A DNA stretch of 64,000 nucleotides from a virus. The position numbers and the translations under genes were made by a program. The number at the start of each line of letters is the position of its first letter. Positions within the stretch are counted from its first letter, which is position 1. The notes under the pieces were generated by a model. It searched no databases, was not told the origin of the DNA, and saw nothing but the letters and a program-made list of their open reading frames with translations. The stretch is taken from IMG/VR virus record IMGVR_UViG_3300005748_000015, positions 64,194-128,193 of that record; one strand, given 5' to 3'. Shown piece after piece: positions 9,435 through 18,569 of this stretch.

Positions 9435-10064
9435 TTAAACCTCTTGTTGTTTTTTTCTTTTGGCTTCACGTTCAGTTTTGCGTCTTTCTTTAGCTAATCG
9501 CTTTTCTTCTTTTTCTTCCAAGTGCTCTTGGTATTTTTCTTTTAGCTCTTCAATCTTATCATCCAAATCCCAATCACCAGCTTTGTATTCTGAGTAATCG
9601 ATATTCTTTCTAATAAAATTTTCTTTATCACTTTTTATTTTGTGACAACTTGGTTTTCCATCATTCTTTTTTAAAGGTGTACTACAAACAACTTGTAAAT
9701 TATCTTTGCCACAAAAAATACGCTCTGCCATTTCATCATAGGTCATATCAGCTTCAACCTTATACAAGGGAACAACTGGATCGATATGATCAACTTGAAC
9801 ATATTTTTGCATAAACATACCACCACAAATAGCGCACGTATACCTTACTTGAAATCTTTTCCCTGGTGTACCATCCTTTTTTAGTGCTGGCGGTAATTCA
9901 TGCCTAGCACGTTGCAATGTCTCCCACATTTGCGGAGACATTCTAAAAGATTGTCTTAAAGCACCTTTTACCCTATTTCTCTCTTGATTCCAACGCCCAT
10001 TTTCATCATACTCTTCATGCACATTTTCCAGCGATCTTTTGGGTTTATTTTTTCTGCGTGGCAT
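9435..10064 (-). CDS. HNH endonuclease
   Basis: CAIC...VDHIDPV...NLQVVC...CH. Confidence 0.8.
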   Translation of the reverse strand: MPRRKNKPKRSLENVHEEYDENGRWNQERNRVKGALRQSFRMSPQMWETLQRARHELPPALKKDGTPGKRFQVRYTCAICGGMFMQKYVQVDHIDPVVPLYKVEADMTYDEMAERIFCGKDNLQVVCSTPLKKNDGKPSCHKIKSDKENFIRKNIDYSEYKAGDWDLDDKIEELKEKYQEHLEEKEEKRLAKERRKTEREAKRKKQQEV

Positions 10065-10570
10065 TACAGCTCTACTCTAATATCCTCAGTTCCAAATTTT
10101 TCTTTTATATAAAACGAAATATATTTACATTTCATATCTAAAACTTGTATGGTAGGATTATAGTCTTCGTTTATTTGTTTAATCAAGTCAGATATTGCAT
10201 TTAATTCTTCATCTTCTTGTTTTTGAAACTCTACAGAAGCAAGCTGTCTCTCATATTCAATTAAATTTTTTTCAAACTGCTCTCTAAGCTCACCTTCAAA
10301 TTTATATCCAAACTTATATATGCAATGCTTCATTTTTTTAATAGCCGAAATTGTTTGGTTGTATGCTTTTGAAAGTTCTGCTTTTTTTATTTTTAATTTT
10401 GTTAATTCTTCGTCACGTTCTTTGGCCATAACAAGGCCTTGTTTTTCACGCATGTAAATGACAAGACTATCTTCAAGTTCTTTTTGTGCTCTCATGTCTT
10501 TAATCATATTAGCAAATTGTGGAAACTTTTCTTCAACTTTTTCTTTCAAACTTTTTTTAGACATAACCAA
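10064..10570 (-). CDS. coiled-coil hypothetical protein with internal duplication
   Basis: KERDEEL...YNQTI repeats as KQEDEEL...YNPTI. Confidence 0.65.
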   Translation of the reverse strand: MVMSKKSLKEKVEEKFPQFANMIKDMRAQKELEDSLVIYMREKQGLVMAKERDEELTKLKIKKAELSKAYNQTISAIKKMKHCIYKFGYKFEGELREQFEKNLIEYERQLASVEFQKQEDEELNAISDLIKQINEDYNPTIQVLDMKCKYISFYIKEKFGTEDIRVEL

Positions 10571-10575
10571 TCTCC

Positions 10576-10935
10576 TTAAAGTTTATCTTCTCTTTTATCA
10601 AATTTAGCTAATCTTTTTAAACAACCTATTTTATTTAAATGCCCTATGGTAGCCTCAATAACACAAAGATTAGGTAAATTACCCTGCGTCACTGGAACCT
10701 TTCTTTCTCCTAAAAAAATCTTCATATTATTGTTAGAAAAATTATGTTTAGCAGACCCAATGATTGCATTTAAATCATGGTTGTCCATTAAATACTCAGC
10801 CTTATTTAGATGAATATATTTATCAAATAACTGTCTAAGCGTTTTTACTTTATCATTTTCTGTTTGATTTCTTATATTTTCAAGGAATCTTATAATATCT
10901 GAATTTAACTGCTGTTCTAAATCTTTACTAGTCAT
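10576..10935 (-). CDS. hypothetical protein
   Basis: ORF with ATGA overlap to sbcC. Confidence 0.65.
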   Translation of the reverse strand: MTSKDLEQQLNSDIIRFLENIRNQTENDKVKTLRQLFDKYIHLNKAEYLMDNHDLNAIIGSAKHNFSNNNMKIFLGERKVPVTQGNLPNLCVIEATIGHLNKIGCLKRLAKFDKREDKL

Positions 10936-12977
10936 ACTACAAAACTCTCTTCGTTTACTCGCCTTACTTTTATAATATCACACACCATCTCTTTAACCTC
11001 AGAAGAATGATCTACCATTAATATTTTTTTATCCGTACTAATATTCTTAAGTATTTCTAAACATTGAATTTTAGAAACAGAATCAAGCCCGTCAAAACCT
11101 TCATCAATAACTGAAAAATTAACACCCTTACGAGTATAGTTTTCAATCATTTCGCCTACAGCCAAGTCTACAGCTAAATCAGCTGCTGTGCGCTCTCCAC
11201 CAGATAGTGTCTTAATAGATACGGCCAAATCGCCCTCAAGGTTTATTACGGCATTTACTTCGTTTTTAATCTTACCAGTTTTAGTCTCTTTAGCCCCTTC
11301 AAAATAAATTACAGCATTGGCCATGTTAGGAATCATATTGATAATCTCAGTAGCTCTAGCACCGATATAATCAAGGGTATCTTGGAATTTCTGGAGAGTG
11401 TAGTTTCTAATAAGCCTAATTGACTCTTCTGATAATACAATATTCTTTTCAATCTTTTCAAGTTCTTCTGTGTTGTTTTCTAATTTAGTTTTAAATGCTT
11501 CAATTTTAATGTTAATATTTTCAACATCTGTCTCGTAAGCTTTTAAAGCATCTTCATAGTTTTTCTGTTTAAGTTCTGCCGTATCAATTTCATACTGAAG
11601 TTCAGCAAGTTTTTCTTTAATTCTGAATTTTTCGTTTTTAAATTCATTTTCAACAAACTGCTGTTGCTGATTCCATTTATTAAATTCTTCAAGGTATTTT
11701 TGTTTAGCCACGCTTTTAACATTGTCTTTTTCATTTTGAAGTTTTCTAACGTCTTCTTCAAGCATTACAAGTGCTTGTTTTTCATCAATGTTAATTTGCT
11801 TAAGTTGTCTATCCTCAAGGATTTCAATAGCTTTCTCTTCCATTACCATTAAGTGTGGTATTCGCTCAATCTCACTTCTATAACCAGCGATCTTTTCTTG
11901 ATGCATACCAGATTTATCTTTTAGCTCTTGTAGCTTATCACCACTATCTTGTTTCCACTCTCTCATACAAGTGGGACATTTTTCCTCTTCAACATGTTCA
12001 ATTTGCTCCAATAGTGCGTTATGTCTATTTACCTCATCAATAAGAAGTTCTTTATAACTATTAGCTTTGGTGATATTGTCTTGAATTTTTCTTACAGCAA
12101 AGTTGGCTTGATCAATAGATTCTTTGTGATTTTTTTCATTTTCCTCAATTCTAGTTTTTAAAATTTCAATGTCAGATTTTTTAAGTTGTAAAGTTCCTTC
12201 TTTTTCAAATTTAGGACTTTCTGGCTCTTGTGGTTTAGGGCCAATACTCGTAACCATTTCTGTATATTTAAGTTCTTCACTTTGAAGTTTTTGTTTAAGC
12301 ACATCCATTTCAAGCTTGATCTTGTCGATATCAACGATCTCAGGCTTTACAGGTTTTTCTTTTTGTTTTAAGTGATCTTCAAATTGCTCAACTGTCTTTT
12401 GTAGTTCAAACACAGAACTTTCAAGCTCAATTTTTTTTGGCTTGTATTTATCTTTTAGTACATCATTCATTTTGTTAATTTTATTTTGATACTCTGTAAG
12501 ATCAAGACAGTCGATAAGGAATCCATGCGATTCTTTGGGTGTAAGATTTAAGAAGAACCCACCCTGTTTTTGACGCTTATAACACATTGTTTTAAGGAGT
12601 TTTCGATTAACCCCGATAATTTGATCTAATTTTTCTTCTGCTAATTTGCTATTGCCTGATACAGTTTCTTCGGGCGTTTGAATAGTTAGCCCATCTTTTT
12701 TGGAGCGAGTAATGGTAATCCCTCCCTCAAATTCACCCTGAACCCAGATAGGAGACTTAGTAATCCTACTCTGCAATTGGGTTGAAGGGATATCCGATAT
12801 TCCAAGGAGAAAAGCGAGTGCTTCCACTGTTGTTGATTTTCCTGCTCCACTAGAGCCTCCTGTGTTTGTATTTTCACCATCGATTTGAATAAGATGATCT
12901 CGACTTTCAAGATCAATAGTTTGCTTTTCAACAAACCTACCTATGCCTGAAAATGAATACCGTTTTAATTTTAACAT
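10932..12977 (-). CDS. sbcC: SbcC/Rad50-like SMC ATPase
   Basis: Walker A GAGKST, long coiled coil, CPTC zinc hook, LSGGE signature, IDEGFDGLD Walker B/D-loop. Confidence 0.92.
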   Translation of the reverse strand: MLKLKRYSFSGIGRFVEKQTIDLESRDHLIQIDGENTNTGGSSGAGKSTTVEALAFLLGISDIPSTQLQSRITKSPIWVQGEFEGGITITRSKKDGLTIQTPEETVSGNSKLAEEKLDQIIGVNRKLLKTMCYKRQKQGGFFLNLTPKESHGFLIDCLDLTEYQNKINKMNDVLKDKYKPKKIELESSVFELQKTVEQFEDHLKQKEKPVKPEIVDIDKIKLEMDVLKQKLQSEELKYTEMVTSIGPKPQEPESPKFEKEGTLQLKKSDIEILKTRIEENEKNHKESIDQANFAVRKIQDNITKANSYKELLIDEVNRHNALLEQIEHVEEEKCPTCMREWKQDSGDKLQELKDKSGMHQEKIAGYRSEIERIPHLMVMEEKAIEILEDRQLKQINIDEKQALVMLEEDVRKLQNEKDNVKSVAKQKYLEEFNKWNQQQQFVENEFKNEKFRIKEKLAELQYEIDTAELKQKNYEDALKAYETDVENINIKIEAFKTKLENNTEELEKIEKNIVLSEESIRLIRNYTLQKFQDTLDYIGARATEIINMIPNMANAVIYFEGAKETKTGKIKNEVNAVINLEGDLAVSIKTLSGGERTAADLAVDLAVGEMIENYTRKGVNFSVIDEGFDGLDSVSKIQCLEILKNISTDKKILMVDHSSEVKEMVCDIIKVRRVNEESFVV

Positions 12978-13210
12978 TATTCTCCATTTACTTCTGTAAA
13001 ATTTACCATCATCTTTTCTGATGGATGATAATATAGCCTTGCGTATGTGGCTACGTCTTCTTCATCTACTTCATCATAACCTAAAAGCAGATTAAATTCA
13101 ACAAATTGTTTCTTTCTTATTTTATCTATAACTCTTTGACTAACAAGGCCTTTGTAATTAAGGCCTGTGTTTTCATAGGTTAATTCTAATAAGTAAGTTT
13201 TTTCACTCAT
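12977..13210 (-). CDS. hypothetical protein
   Basis: Translationally coupled ORF. Confidence 0.55.
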   Translation of the reverse strand: MSEKTYLLELTYENTGLNYKGLVSQRVIDKIRKKQFVEFNLLLGYDEVDEEDVATYARLYYHPSEKMMVNFTEVNGE

Positions 13211-13482
13211 TTTAAATTCTCCAACACAGAATCTCCACGTTTTTTTAGATCAGCTTGTTCTCTATCTTCAATAATCTCTACAATCTCTCTATCAAGTTCG
13301 GTAGCTTTAGCTTGTACGCCATTATCAATTACCATTTTACTTCTTTGTGTAGGGCCTGATAAAGTTCGTTTCATTTCTTCCCCACATTCTTCACACTTTA
13401 TATTGTTAGTAATTTTTAAAGCGGTTGAGAAGAATTTCTTCTTCTCATAACCGCATGTACATTTGTAACTGATTCTTGGCAT
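13207..13482 (-). CDS. FmdB-like zinc-ribbon protein
   Basis: MPxxxYKCTCG...CEECG...MKR. Confidence 0.7.
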   Translation of the reverse strand: MPRISYKCTCGYEKKKFFSTALKITNNIKCEECGEEMKRTLSGPTQRSKMVIDNGVQAKATELDREIVEIIEDREQADLKKRGDSVLENLK

Positions 13483-14459
13483 TAATATTGGCCACTAGTT
13501 AAAAATGTCATATAAACAATTTTTTGTTTTTGAATAGCTTGTTCTTGACTTTTTTGTTTTTGAGCCTCAATGCTTTCAAAAGTCAAAGATTCGTCCATAG
13601 CACAAAGCTCGGCTTTTCTTCCTTTGTCTACAACTTCACCACTATAACTGCTGATTCTTGGTGGTACATCTTTTTTAAGACATTCCTTACCAAATTTGCC
13701 GCCCTTGTTAAGAAACTCATCTACACCCATAAAACCATTGTTAGTTCTAATATTTGCAGTTACGCTAATTGGATATGTGATAATTGGACATCCACTCATA
13801 GTTAAATCAATTACCATACCAAAGAATTGTACTTTACTTTTTCTAGTTGCTTCGTCAAGCCCTTTGTCGCATCTTACGGTTACGATTTCATCAGCATAAC
13901 CATTTTCAACAGCTTCTGCTCCGTTTAACCAAAGCTCATTATCATAGTCTGAACGATATTGAGTAAGAGTCTTAGCACCATTAGTTCTTTTAACGGTTTG
14001 TTTGTCCATTAAATCAATAGTTCTTAACCATAGACCATACCTAGAGTCTAGCTGAGATGGTCCACCACCAAACTCGCCACCAAGACTACCACGTGCTTTG
14101 TGACTCATAAGCCTACCATAGTTTAATATATATCTATCGCCAAGATGTTGAACAAGTTGGAATCCCATAGACGCTGAAAAAAGCGTTATAGTATGAATTG
14201 GCCTGTTCAAGCCTTTTAATGCTTCAATAAGTTCAAGACCAGCTTGAATTGAACCGCCTGGTGTATTTAAGAACAAATACATAGGATAACCGTTTTTAAG
14301 GTCTGCGTCTTTTTGCCTTGCCTCTTGGATAAGCTGTGTTACAGATTTAGCTGTAAACGGCTTGTCAAGCACAAGTACGTTGTCTTTAGTTAGTTTGATT
14401 TCTTTTGCCATGGTTAGGCTGGCCGTGAAAAAAAGTGCCAGAATAAGTAATAGCCTCAT
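13482..14459 (-). CDS. ClpP/S49-like serine protease with signal peptide
   Basis: LNTPGGS, SASMG (catalytic Ser), MSH, WLNGAEAVENGYAD; N-terminal MRLLLILALFFTASLTMA. Confidence 0.8.
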   Translation of the reverse strand: MRLLLILALFFTASLTMAKEIKLTKDNVLVLDKPFTAKSVTQLIQEARQKDADLKNGYPMYLFLNTPGGSIQAGLELIEALKGLNRPIHTITLFSASMGFQLVQHLGDRYILNYGRLMSHKARGSLGGEFGGGPSQLDSRYGLWLRTIDLMDKQTVKRTNGAKTLTQYRSDYDNELWLNGAEAVENGYADEIVTVRCDKGLDEATRKSKVQFFGMVIDLTMSGCPIITYPISVTANIRTNNGFMGVDEFLNKGGKFGKECLKKDVPPRISSYSGEVVDKGRKAELCAMDESLTFESIEAQKQKSQEQAIQKQKIVYMTFLTSGQY

Positions 14460-14491
14460 AATAAACTCCTTTGGAAGCTTTCGTTACATAT

Positions 14492-14519
14492 ATAATATCA
14501 CATGACTCTTTCAAGTCAA
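14492..14519 (-). promoter_or_regulatory. sigma70-type extended -10 promoter
   Basis: TTGACT-16 nt-TATTAT with TGTGA. Confidence 0.65.
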
Positions 14520-14530
14520 ACAAAAAACTT

Positions 14531-15166
14531 TTATTTATCGTTTTTTTCTTCATCTTTTAATTTTGCTAAGGCTCTTAGTGCATCGCCAGCATTTCCTGGT
14601 GTAATTTCGATAGTTTTATCATCGACTTGTTCGACTACACCCCCTGCTGCGTTAATGTTGACTGTTGTGTTACTGCCACCGCTACGGTTTATATTTGAAG
14701 GATTAAGAATTTTTTCAAGCATTTCTATACTTTTAAAATATTGTGTAAGTTGTTTTAAATCAAGACCGTCAATAATATCACGATCTCCCGTTCTTAAATA
14801 TTGATTAATTGCATCACCGTAGTATTTGTGGTGCATATTAATTAAAGATGAAATAAAATTAAGACTTTCAACTCGTGTTTCCGTTACTTTTTTAGTAATA
14901 TTTTTTTGAATATCATCAAGATACTCCATGCGTTTTTCGTACCATTTCATTTTAGCTGCCATGTACAAAACTAAATCTTTTTTTACACGTGATATTTTGC
15001 TAATTTCAATGTAAGTTTTTCCACTCATATAGAGAGCAAAAAGATTGTTGACTTTATATTCATCTTTTACAAGAGTTTCAAGGCCAACGCATCCGTTAGA
15101 TACAAACGTATTTATTTTTTCAACTTCATCATCTGTAAAGTCATTATCAATTTTACTCAAGTCCAT
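14531..15166 (-). CDS. HTH protein, possible small terminase subunit
   Basis: LYMSGKTYIEISKISRV...MKWYEKR followed by a coiled coil. Confidence 0.45.
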   Translation of the reverse strand: MDLSKIDNDFTDDEVEKINTFVSNGCVGLETLVKDEYKVNNLFALYMSGKTYIEISKISRVKKDLVLYMAAKMKWYEKRMEYLDDIQKNITKKVTETRVESLNFISSLINMHHKYYGDAINQYLRTGDRDIIDGLDLKQLTQYFKSIEMLEKILNPSNINRSGGSNTTVNINAAGGVVEQVDDKTIEITPGNAGDALRALAKLKDEEKNDK

Positions 15167-15524
15167 TCTTATTTCCCTTACTAGAATCTGTATATCCTCT
15201 TATACTAGTTGAGATATCTACTTTAATATCATCCCAAAGCATGTCTCTAACCCAGCTAGTTAGTATTTTACATAACTTAACAAACTCTTCTTCTTTTGGA
15301 ACATGTTCAGGCGGTATTTCTAATCTATATATAACATAGCCTTCGCCAGTTTCTTGAGTATATTCTTTGGTAAGATCATATTTAATTTCAACATTTTGCA
15401 CATTGTCAAAAATAATATACGGCCATTTTTGAAGGCTTTCTTCGTGAACACTAGAGATTTCACCAGTTAGCATGGTAATTTTTCTCATGTCTTCCAATAT
15501 ACCTGATACTGCTTCTTTCTTCAT
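15153..15524 (-). CDS. hypothetical protein
   Basis: Coupled ORF. Confidence 0.65.
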   Translation of the reverse strand: MKKEAVSGILEDMRKITMLTGEISSVHEESLQKWPYIIFDNVQNVEIKYDLTKEYTQETGEGYVIYRLEIPPEHVPKEEEFVKLCKILTSWVRDMLWDDIKVDISTSIRGYTDSSKGNKNGLE

Positions 15525-17191
15525 ACTTCCCTCAAAAACTCTTTTATACTTTCTTTTTTAACACCCTCAATTGGCTGGAACTCTGTCTCAAGATATTTTT
15601 CAAGTGTTATTGAGTTATCTTTATTTACTTTTGTAATACGATCTGTTGGTTTGACTTTAATATTAGCTAATTTTGACAAGTCTTTTTTAATTTTACTAAT
15701 CCAAGCAGATTTGCCTTCTAATATTACATAGTTACGAGCTTCTGGGTTAAGTTCTGGTAATTCTTCACCCTCTTTGACTTCGTAAGTTTTAATAGGCGTT
15801 ACAACGTGATCTGTAGAAAAAAACTGTTTTTCTCTAGTTGTTCCATCCTCAGCATGGGTAATTATATAAAGACCTTTGGGTTGGTTGGCATCGGACATGG
15901 TATCCCATTTAGGCGTTCCTGGGTAGAAACATTTTCCTACTTGTTGGCTTTTGTGGATATGCCCTGATATAATTTCTTGTTGCGGAACTAACGCAGGGTC
16001 AATTCCTTCCTCACTAAAAAATCCATTTTCATATTGAGCACCAGTAAACGTCTGGTGAGCAATAAGACAATTTGTAGCACCTTGTTCGTAAAGATATTCA
16101 CAATCCTCTAAAAAACTTTTGTAATCTTCATAGTATGGCATATAGCCTATATTATCTATTTCTGTAGGTACGTCAATAATGTTTATATTATACTTGTATT
16201 GCTCATCTAAAAGAGATACAGAATTTAAACCAGCATTTTTTGATTGTCCTAAAATCATATCGTGATTTCCTACTAAGGCTATTATGTCGTATTGTTTTTG
16301 TATTTTTTTAAAAGTTTTTTTCCAAAAATCAAATATTTCTATTCTAATTACACCGTGGGTATGAAACAAATCTCCTAAAAAAACTATTGTGGATACGTTA
16401 TTTTCTTTTGCTATTTTTATTATAAAATCTATTAATTTTTCACAATCTTTTAGGTTATTTATTTGTGAATGTGGATCACCTACGTATAAATATTTATTAA
16501 ATTTTATTTTGTTTTCTATATAGCTTTTTTTGTCTTTTATATAAAATGGTATTCTAATTAATTTTATGCCATTCTTTTTACAAATGTCGTTTTTTATTTC
16601 ATCTCTATTATTTATTGTAAAAAAATCTTCTTTAAAAAAATCAGTATTTTGAAAATGTTGTTTTCCATCGTATTCAAAAGCTAACTTTAACTCTTCACAA
16701 TAGCCATCTAATTCTAATTTTTTTCCTGTCTTATCATTTACAAGCCAGTCAGGTCTTTCTTTTGGAAATTTTTTTCCAGTGATGTCCTCAAATATTTCTC
16801 TACAATATTCTTCGTTTTTGTATATTTTATTTTTTAAATGAGGTATTATTCCATTTACTTTAAAAGAAAACAGTGTAGTTTCATATTCTTTGTTGTCTGG
16901 GCCTAAAACTTTTAATTTTCCTTTATTGCCATTGTATTTTGTAGATAGTAGTTTGTAACCTTTTTCTTCAAAAAAACCCCTGACTTCTTCTATGTTATAT
17001 TGTCTTTTTCCTGCACAATAAGAACACCTATGACCTCTTTTAAAAACCTTAAAAGACATCGGAAAAACATGTCCCTTATCACATTCTATATCTAATTTTT
17101 GTAGTTGACCTTCGTATTCATTAGAAAGTAATTTATACCCTTCTTTTTCTATAGTATTTTTGACATACTTTAAAGTGTGTTTATTTGGCAT
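15521..17191 (-). CDS. sbcD: SbcD/Mre11-like nuclease with N-terminal homing-endonuclease-like PD-(D/E)XK fusion
   Basis: C-terminal GDPH, GDLFH, GNHD, AHQ, GHIH; N-terminal CDKGH/CSYC Zn ribbon and LELDGY...AFEYDGKQH. Confidence 0.85.
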   Translation of the reverse strand: MPNKHTLKYVKNTIEKEGYKLLSNEYEGQLQKLDIECDKGHVFPMSFKVFKRGHRCSYCAGKRQYNIEEVRGFFEEKGYKLLSTKYNGNKGKLKVLGPDNKEYETTLFSFKVNGIIPHLKNKIYKNEEYCREIFEDITGKKFPKERPDWLVNDKTGKKLELDGYCEELKLAFEYDGKQHFQNTDFFKEDFFTINNRDEIKNDICKKNGIKLIRIPFYIKDKKSYIENKIKFNKYLYVGDPHSQINNLKDCEKLIDFIIKIAKENNVSTIVFLGDLFHTHGVIRIEIFDFWKKTFKKIQKQYDIIALVGNHDMILGQSKNAGLNSVSLLDEQYKYNINIIDVPTEIDNIGYMPYYEDYKSFLEDCEYLYEQGATNCLIAHQTFTGAQYENGFFSEEGIDPALVPQQEIISGHIHKSQQVGKCFYPGTPKWDTMSDANQPKGLYIITHAEDGTTREKQFFSTDHVVTPIKTYEVKEGEELPELNPEARNYVILEGKSAWISKIKKDLSKLANIKVKPTDRITKVNKDNSITLEKYLETEFQPIEGVKKESIKEFLREV

Positions 17192-17214
17192 TTATTTCAA
17201 CCCTTTTTTTATAT

Positions 17215-17541
17215 TTATTTATTATTTTCCTCGATAAACAAAACATCTTTCATATGCCCAACAACAAAGCCATCTGGAAACATATCTGACTCCATAATAG
17301 CTCGTGGCCATTTGTGTACATGCAATGTTTCTTCTTTAAAAAAAATTTTAGAGCCTTTTTCAATCACTCTAGTTTTATTATTACCCAAATCAACTACCGT
17401 GTCAAGTAAAAGTTCTAATGATTCTACGCCAATTTTTTGGGCGGCCATAGCAAAACCTGTAGCTGCCTGTGTTGCTTTTAATTCTTTAGCTTTTCTAAAC
17501 GGTGTCAAAACTAAATTTCCATTTAATGAATAAGTACTCAT
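17215..17541 (-). CDS. GroES-like co-chaperonin
   Basis: 108 aa; LNGNLVL...GSKIFF...FVVGHMKDVLFI follows the GroES beta-strand pattern; GroEL is present in the window. Confidence 0.5.
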   Translation of the reverse strand: MSTYSLNGNLVLTPFRKAKELKATQAATGFAMAAQKIGVESLELLLDTVVDLGNNKTRVIEKGSKIFFKEETLHVHKWPRAIMESDMFPDGFVVGHMKDVLFIEENNK

Positions 17542-18569
17542 AAGTCTACTCCTTTAAGTTTAATAATTTTTCTTTCTATTATTTTTAAATTTTTACATTG
17601 AACTAATACGTTTTTTAACAAATCTGCTTTTTCTATAGTTGATTCCACTATGTTTTCTTCTTCAAAATAAGTATCATATACTGAAAAACCTTCTTCATCA
17701 ATTTCTGTTTCAACACTTTTCATATCCGAACCATTTAATAAATTTTCAAGCTCATACATTTCTAGCTGTCTTTTATCATCATTATCTTTTAAATAACCAT
17801 TGATTGCATCTAATAATACTTCTGAATCTTCAATTTTTTCACGACTTTTTAACAAGTTAGCTTTGTATATAATTTTTTTATCTGATGGATAATAGTGGAG
17901 TGAAGTTTGATTGTACAATTCCATAATGTTACTTTTCATACGACCAATACAAACACTTCTAAATACAGTCCTAAAAGGCCCTACCCATTTGTCTACCCCA
18001 ATACACAAGCCTGACATTGAAGCGTTAATCATATCCATTAATGTAAGATGGCTTTTAGGTACGGCTTTATAAAATTTCATAGCCTCATTGATAGCAAGCG
18101 GCATACTATTTTCAATTATTTTTTGCCTTATATATTGATGTTCATTCCAATTTTTTAAAGCTTTAGCTGGTAGATTACCTCTCCAATTTTCAATTACAAA
18201 TTTCATAAACTTGTAATTTATATTAAAATCTTTAATTCTTTGAACATCATCTTTTTTAAAAGCTGGCGATATATATGTACCAAATGTTTTAGAATCCTCT
18301 CTAAAAAAAGGCCTAGCTGTTAAAATATTTCCACGTTCAATTTTAATATACATTAAAAATTTTTGATATATCTTATCGCTTTGTTTGTAGGAGTTTATAT
18401 TTTTTTTAAAGTTTTTTTCTAGCTCCATCATGCGTTCAACTTGAGCTTTTTGTTGTGCAGTAAATTCTTTTCTAGTAAGTTTTTTACCATTATTATTATC
18501 TTTCAATATCTTGGCAATGCCGTTGGCCAAGTTATAAAAAACTGGATCGTTAACTTTTTTTCTTGCCAT
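17538..18569 (-). CDS. phage sigma-70-like RNA polymerase sigma factor
   Basis: Region-2-like KIIENSMPLAINEAMKFY...MDMINASMSGLCIGVDKW. Confidence 0.7.
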   Translation of the reverse strand: MARKKVNDPVFYNLANGIAKILKDNNNGKKLTRKEFTAQQKAQVERMMELEKNFKKNINSYKQSDKIYQKFLMYIKIERGNILTARPFFREDSKTFGTYISPAFKKDDVQRIKDFNINYKFMKFVIENWRGNLPAKALKNWNEHQYIRQKIIENSMPLAINEAMKFYKAVPKSHLTLMDMINASMSGLCIGVDKWVGPFRTVFRSVCIGRMKSNIMELYNQTSLHYYPSDKKIIYKANLLKSREKIEDSEVLLDAINGYLKDNDDKRQLEMYELENLLNGSDMKSVETEIDEEGFSVYDTYFEEENIVESTIEKADLLKNVLVQCKNLKIIERKIIKLKGVDL

